A DNA stretch of 49,012 nucleotides from Candidatus Methylomirabilota bacterium (GTDB lineage: Bacteria > Methylomirabilota > Methylomirabilia > Methylomirabilales > CSP1-5), in the NCBI GenBank assembly GCA_027293415.1, contig JAPUFX010000135.1, positions 1-49,012 of the forward strand, written 5' to 3'. Under the pieces are notes generated by a model, which saw only the letters and a list, made by a program, of their open reading frames with translations, was not told where the DNA came from and searched no databases. Within the stretch, counting starts at the first letter, position 1. Each line of letters opens with the position of its first letter. Below, piece by piece: positions 46,097 through 49,012 of the stretch. A program made the translations under genes and the position numbers.

Positions 46097-46417
46097 CTAG
46101 AGTGAATGGATTCTTTTGACTTCCTCAAGCGCCTCGTTGAATGTTATCAAGGGGACGATTGTAATTGTGTTGAAGGATGCGATCTTTGCGGCGAGACAAA
46201 ATTGTTGGATTAAATGAGGGTTTTCGGCATCAACGATCCAGATAAATGTGTGTTCGAGCGCTGAATGGTATTGGCCAAGAATTGTGTTGATTTTGTACTT
46301 TTTTGTCAGTGAATCGACGTTGGATGCTGTGAGTTGTAAAAAACCTTTCGCCGTATTGATGTTATTCAACGGACACGACTCAGTTGTATGACTTGCATAT
46401 ATACCAAAGAGTGCCAT
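46097..46417 (-). CDS. Low-GC hypothetical protein (106 aa)
   Basis: SD AAGGAGGAG; HTTESCP and HSALEH motifs; AT-rich relative to neighbours. Confidence 0.75.
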   Translation of the reverse strand: MALFGIYASHTTESCPLNNINTAKGFLQLTASNVDSLTKKYKINTILGQYHSALEHTFIWIVDAENPHLIQQFCLAAKIASFNTITIVPLITFNEALEEVKRIHSL

Positions 46418-46608
46418 GTTTTATATCTCCTCCTTCCGGCCCTTACGTGTTGTTTTGCTCCTGATCACCGGCCACAATTGTGGAAGCGCTAACAGGTCTT
46501 CCATTTCTCATACCACACGCACCTATGCAAAGCAAGGAGTCTCGGGTTGAACGGAAGGGGGAGAGTACTGGAGTCGAGGTAGCTGATGAGAGGGCGACAG
46601 TGCGGTGC

Positions 46609-47976
46609 CTACTTGTGTTTTCTCTGCGTTGCCAACCAATAAGCCAATCGGTGGGGAGCATCCGTCATGATTCCAATTTCACCAGGCTCCCCAGACCTCC
46701 CCATACGTTCTCGGTCTTTTGCCACACCCAGTGAACCTCTGAAGTGATCATCGCCGTTTGCTGTCCAAAAGACCAGAATTTGGGATTTTTTCTGAATAGC
46801 TTTTTCGTCCCTTTTGGAAACATCTTTAAATAACCATTCGATGAGTGGCCATTTGAGGCTCCCATCAATTTTGGTGAGGTTGAACGACAGGGCAGTTGGA
46901 TGTTTCTTGGCGCGAGCGAGAATGTCCCTGGCCTTGTCCACCTCCGTCCATTCTAATGTCCAGGAAAGCTGAGACGTTGCAAAATACGGTGATGATTGAA
47001 ACGCTTCCGACCTGCTAAGAAATTTGCCTGACCTATCATCAGATGCGGCAATGCTGACGATCACGCTGCTGCCCCGGCGTAAGAGCAAATGAGCAAACCG
47101 GGTGATGTTTTTCAGCACCTGCTTTACGTTGTTCGTAGAAAGCCATGTGAGCTTCGGATCAACATAGACGAACGGCACCGAATACGTCTGGAGTTCTTCA
47201 AAAATATCTTTGAGTGGTGAAAATTCTGCAGGTATCGAGTCTATGTCGCACGTCTGGTTCAGCAGCGGGGGATGGTAGACCATCAATCTATTCAGGAGCG
47301 GGATTCGAGATTGCTCACCATTGGTTGTCCAGGAGTATTGATAGGGAACCGTGATATCGAACTCGATGCCACTGGCGCCAAAGTACCAGGCGCGGGATAG
47401 CGCTTTTGGCCTATTGTCTAGCCCGGCGAAACCAAGGCCACGGTGGCCAATGATACACACGCTCGACAGTTCGGTGTCGGACACGGCTCCTACCCACTGA
47501 AGCACATATTTCTTGGTTTTGCGTTTTTTCTTGAGTTGGAGGACAAGGCGCTTTTTGCCAGGCTTCTTGCCGCGTGTGTGGTGAGGAGGCACCAGGCGAA
47601 GCGTTGCTTGCAGGCGCGTCAGATTCCTGTCTGCCCTATGAAGATTACCATTGAGAAGAACGGGTTTCCCCCGACGGGTCTTATCAGCGGGGCTCTTGAA
47701 GAAAAGCACACCTTCGTATTCCCCGTCGGCGATAAATCCCGCGAGCGTGCCATGGGGCTTATCCTTGCCCGGACGCGGGAGGCGGGGTGTAAAAGCGACT
47801 GAGATTATTTCCTGACCGAATTCGTCACGGGAAATCCATCGTCCGACGTAGCTGTGCCACGCCGCAAATATTTCGTTGTCATTCTTACGATTGGCATAGG
47901 TTGTCGGCAGACGCAGGGCGCCGTGGTTCTTTTTTGTTGTGGTGTTCTTTGGAATTCTCTGGTGGGGCATTTTCAC
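46609..47976 (-). CDS. Glycerophosphodiester phosphodiesterase-like protein with an unknown N-terminal region
   Basis: IIGHRG...N...A...GASGIEFDI, DPK; N-terminal ~170 aa unrecognised. Confidence 0.65.
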   Translation of the reverse strand: MKMPHQRIPKNTTTKKNHGALRLPTTYANRKNDNEIFAAWHSYVGRWISRDEFGQEIISVAFTPRLPRPGKDKPHGTLAGFIADGEYEGVLFFKSPADKTRRGKPVLLNGNLHRADRNLTRLQATLRLVPPHHTRGKKPGKKRLVLQLKKKRKTKKYVLQWVGAVSDTELSSVCIIGHRGLGFAGLDNRPKALSRAWYFGASGIEFDITVPYQYSWTTNGEQSRIPLLNRLMVYHPPLLNQTCDIDSIPAEFSPLKDIFEELQTYSVPFVYVDPKLTWLSTNNVKQVLKNITRFAHLLLRRGSSVIVSIAASDDRSGKFLSRSEAFQSSPYFATSQLSWTLEWTEVDKARDILARAKKHPTALSFNLTKIDGSLKWPLIEWLFKDVSKRDEKAIQKKSQILVFWTANGDDHFRGSLGVAKDRERMGRSGEPGEIGIMTDAPHRLAYWLATQRKHK

Positions 47977-47998
47977 CTCCGCCTGTCATGGCGTGCGA

Positions 47999-48568
47999 TT
48001 AGTCCGCACCGGTCAATTCAAGCCACCGACCCGCGTGGCAGTAGTGGACCACCGACGCCTTCTCTAGGAAGGCATCGTCGATACCCTGATGATCAATTCT
48101 GGGGGGTTCAGGAACCCCGTAGGCCCTATAGTGTTCAATGATAAACTGCTTCCCGACAATCCCGATGCGCCGAGAATATCCAAGCTTCCTACCGCCGATG
48201 CCTTGCAGAAAGATCCGATCTGATTGTCTGGATATTTCAGTAATGCTGGTCGGGGAAGTATTCCCAAACACGAGAATAGAGGAATGACCATCTCTTGAGC
48301 AAAGAACCGCCCAATCCATCTGACCCTTTCTTCGAAGCTCTCCCCGCACAACATTGTGAGGTTGTGGATCTGCGAAGCTTTGTGGGATAGTGCAGCCTTG
48401 ATCTTGCAACGCCCGAAGAATCTGAGTCGGGAGTTGAGCAAATGCACTGGGCTGCAGGTGAATGATGCGTGATTCCCTCGATCTTCCTCCGTCTGTTTGC
48501 TCCTCGGCTGAGACAGTATTAATTGCTGCAACGACCATTAGCGTGATGACTAACGTTGCTCGGTGCAT
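47999..48568 (-). CDS. Exported hypothetical protein
   Basis: Signal peptide MHRATLVITLMVVAAINTVSA; DWAVLCS, HQGIDDAFLEKAS. Confidence 0.7.
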   Translation of the reverse strand: MHRATLVITLMVVAAINTVSAEEQTDGGRSRESRIIHLQPSAFAQLPTQILRALQDQGCTIPQSFADPQPHNVVRGELRRKGQMDWAVLCSRDGHSSILVFGNTSPTSITEISRQSDRIFLQGIGGRKLGYSRRIGIVGKQFIIEHYRAYGVPEPPRIDHQGIDDAFLEKASVVHYCHAGRWLELTGAD

Positions 48569-48649
48569 CGGCAGGGGGGTAGGAAAGATCTGGGGGTGTG
48601 GTTCCGTCTGACGATGATGTAGTAGAGCAGCCATGGTGGGGCTTAGGTG

Positions 48650-48845
48650 TAGTGCCGCACCAACTATTTTTCACTAGCATTCCGCGCTGGTGCGGCACTT
48701 CCGCTAGGGGGGCAGGCCCCCCTTCGGCGCTCGGCGTTCGCCTCGCTGAGCACCCCCCAGGCGTAGGGAGCCTCTCCCCTACAACCCCTCAGTGCCCCTG
48801 GCGGAACCCTGGGTTGCTTAGGAGGAGTTAGTTGGAGGGGCACTA
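48650..48845. mobile_element. MITE-like non-autonomous element (196 bp)
   Basis: 17-bp terminal inverted repeats TAGTGCCGCACCAACTA (48650-48666) and TAGTTGGAGGGGCACTA (48829-48845), 15/17 match; TA at both ends; internal GC hairpins; no transposase. Confidence 0.6.
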
Positions 48846-49012
48846 GTACATCAGTCTAACAGCAACCCCTTGGAATTGAAATGATGCCCAACGAGTTTTG
48901 CTGGATTCGTTCCCTAGAAGACGAGCTGCTCCGTGGCGTCATACTTGGAATACTGAACATTATAAACCAGGGTGGTGAGTGTGCCAGTGACTTCGGTACT
49001 CACCCCCGTCCA

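Noticed and set aside
46418-49012. Integron cassette array (unrelated lower-GC genes, GTTGAAC at 46547, GTCTAAC at 48854)
   Set aside because: No paired R/L boxes forming an attC; only 22 bp between two of the genes; no intI.

Overview
A GC-rich bacterial chromosomal window, mostly housekeeping, with no rRNA, tRNA, CRISPR array or transposase visible. From left to right it holds: a PHA/butyryl-CoA cluster (crt, hbd, decayed thiolase remnant, phaA, small Cys/His ORF, phaR, phaB, divergent phaJ; no phaC in the window); a five-gene prokaryotic ubiquitin-like conjugation operon (AAA+ ATPase, E2-like, JAB/JAMM peptidase, E1/ThiF, Ubl ending AGEKG) behind its own near-consensus sigma70 promoter; a polyprenol/DAG-kinase-like gene, mltD, patatin and cutA; dnaK-hsp20-dnaJ-hspR-htpX; an amidase with a GatC-like N-terminus; proC-yggT-divIVA-yggU; uvrC, diadenylate cyclase, ridA, ogt; assorted small genes; pyk; a lipoprotein/HAMP/pilin-like/HD-GYP module; rhodanese, AI-2E, pcm, bactofilin, an MBL hydrolase; and a lower-GC accessory end with a MITE-like element. 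The standout is the AAA-coupled Ubl system at 6342-10674. It has no E3, ParB or mobile-element genes nearby and looks like a resident tag-and-unfold pathway. Other notable signals are a 115-bp near-identical inverted copy of part of phaB, candidate PhaR operators, heptamer-repeat hairpins, a 34-bp tandem palindrome beside an IHF consensus, two sORFs missed by the ORF track, and a frameshifted pilin leader. All family calls come from motif recognition by eye; no database searches were run.
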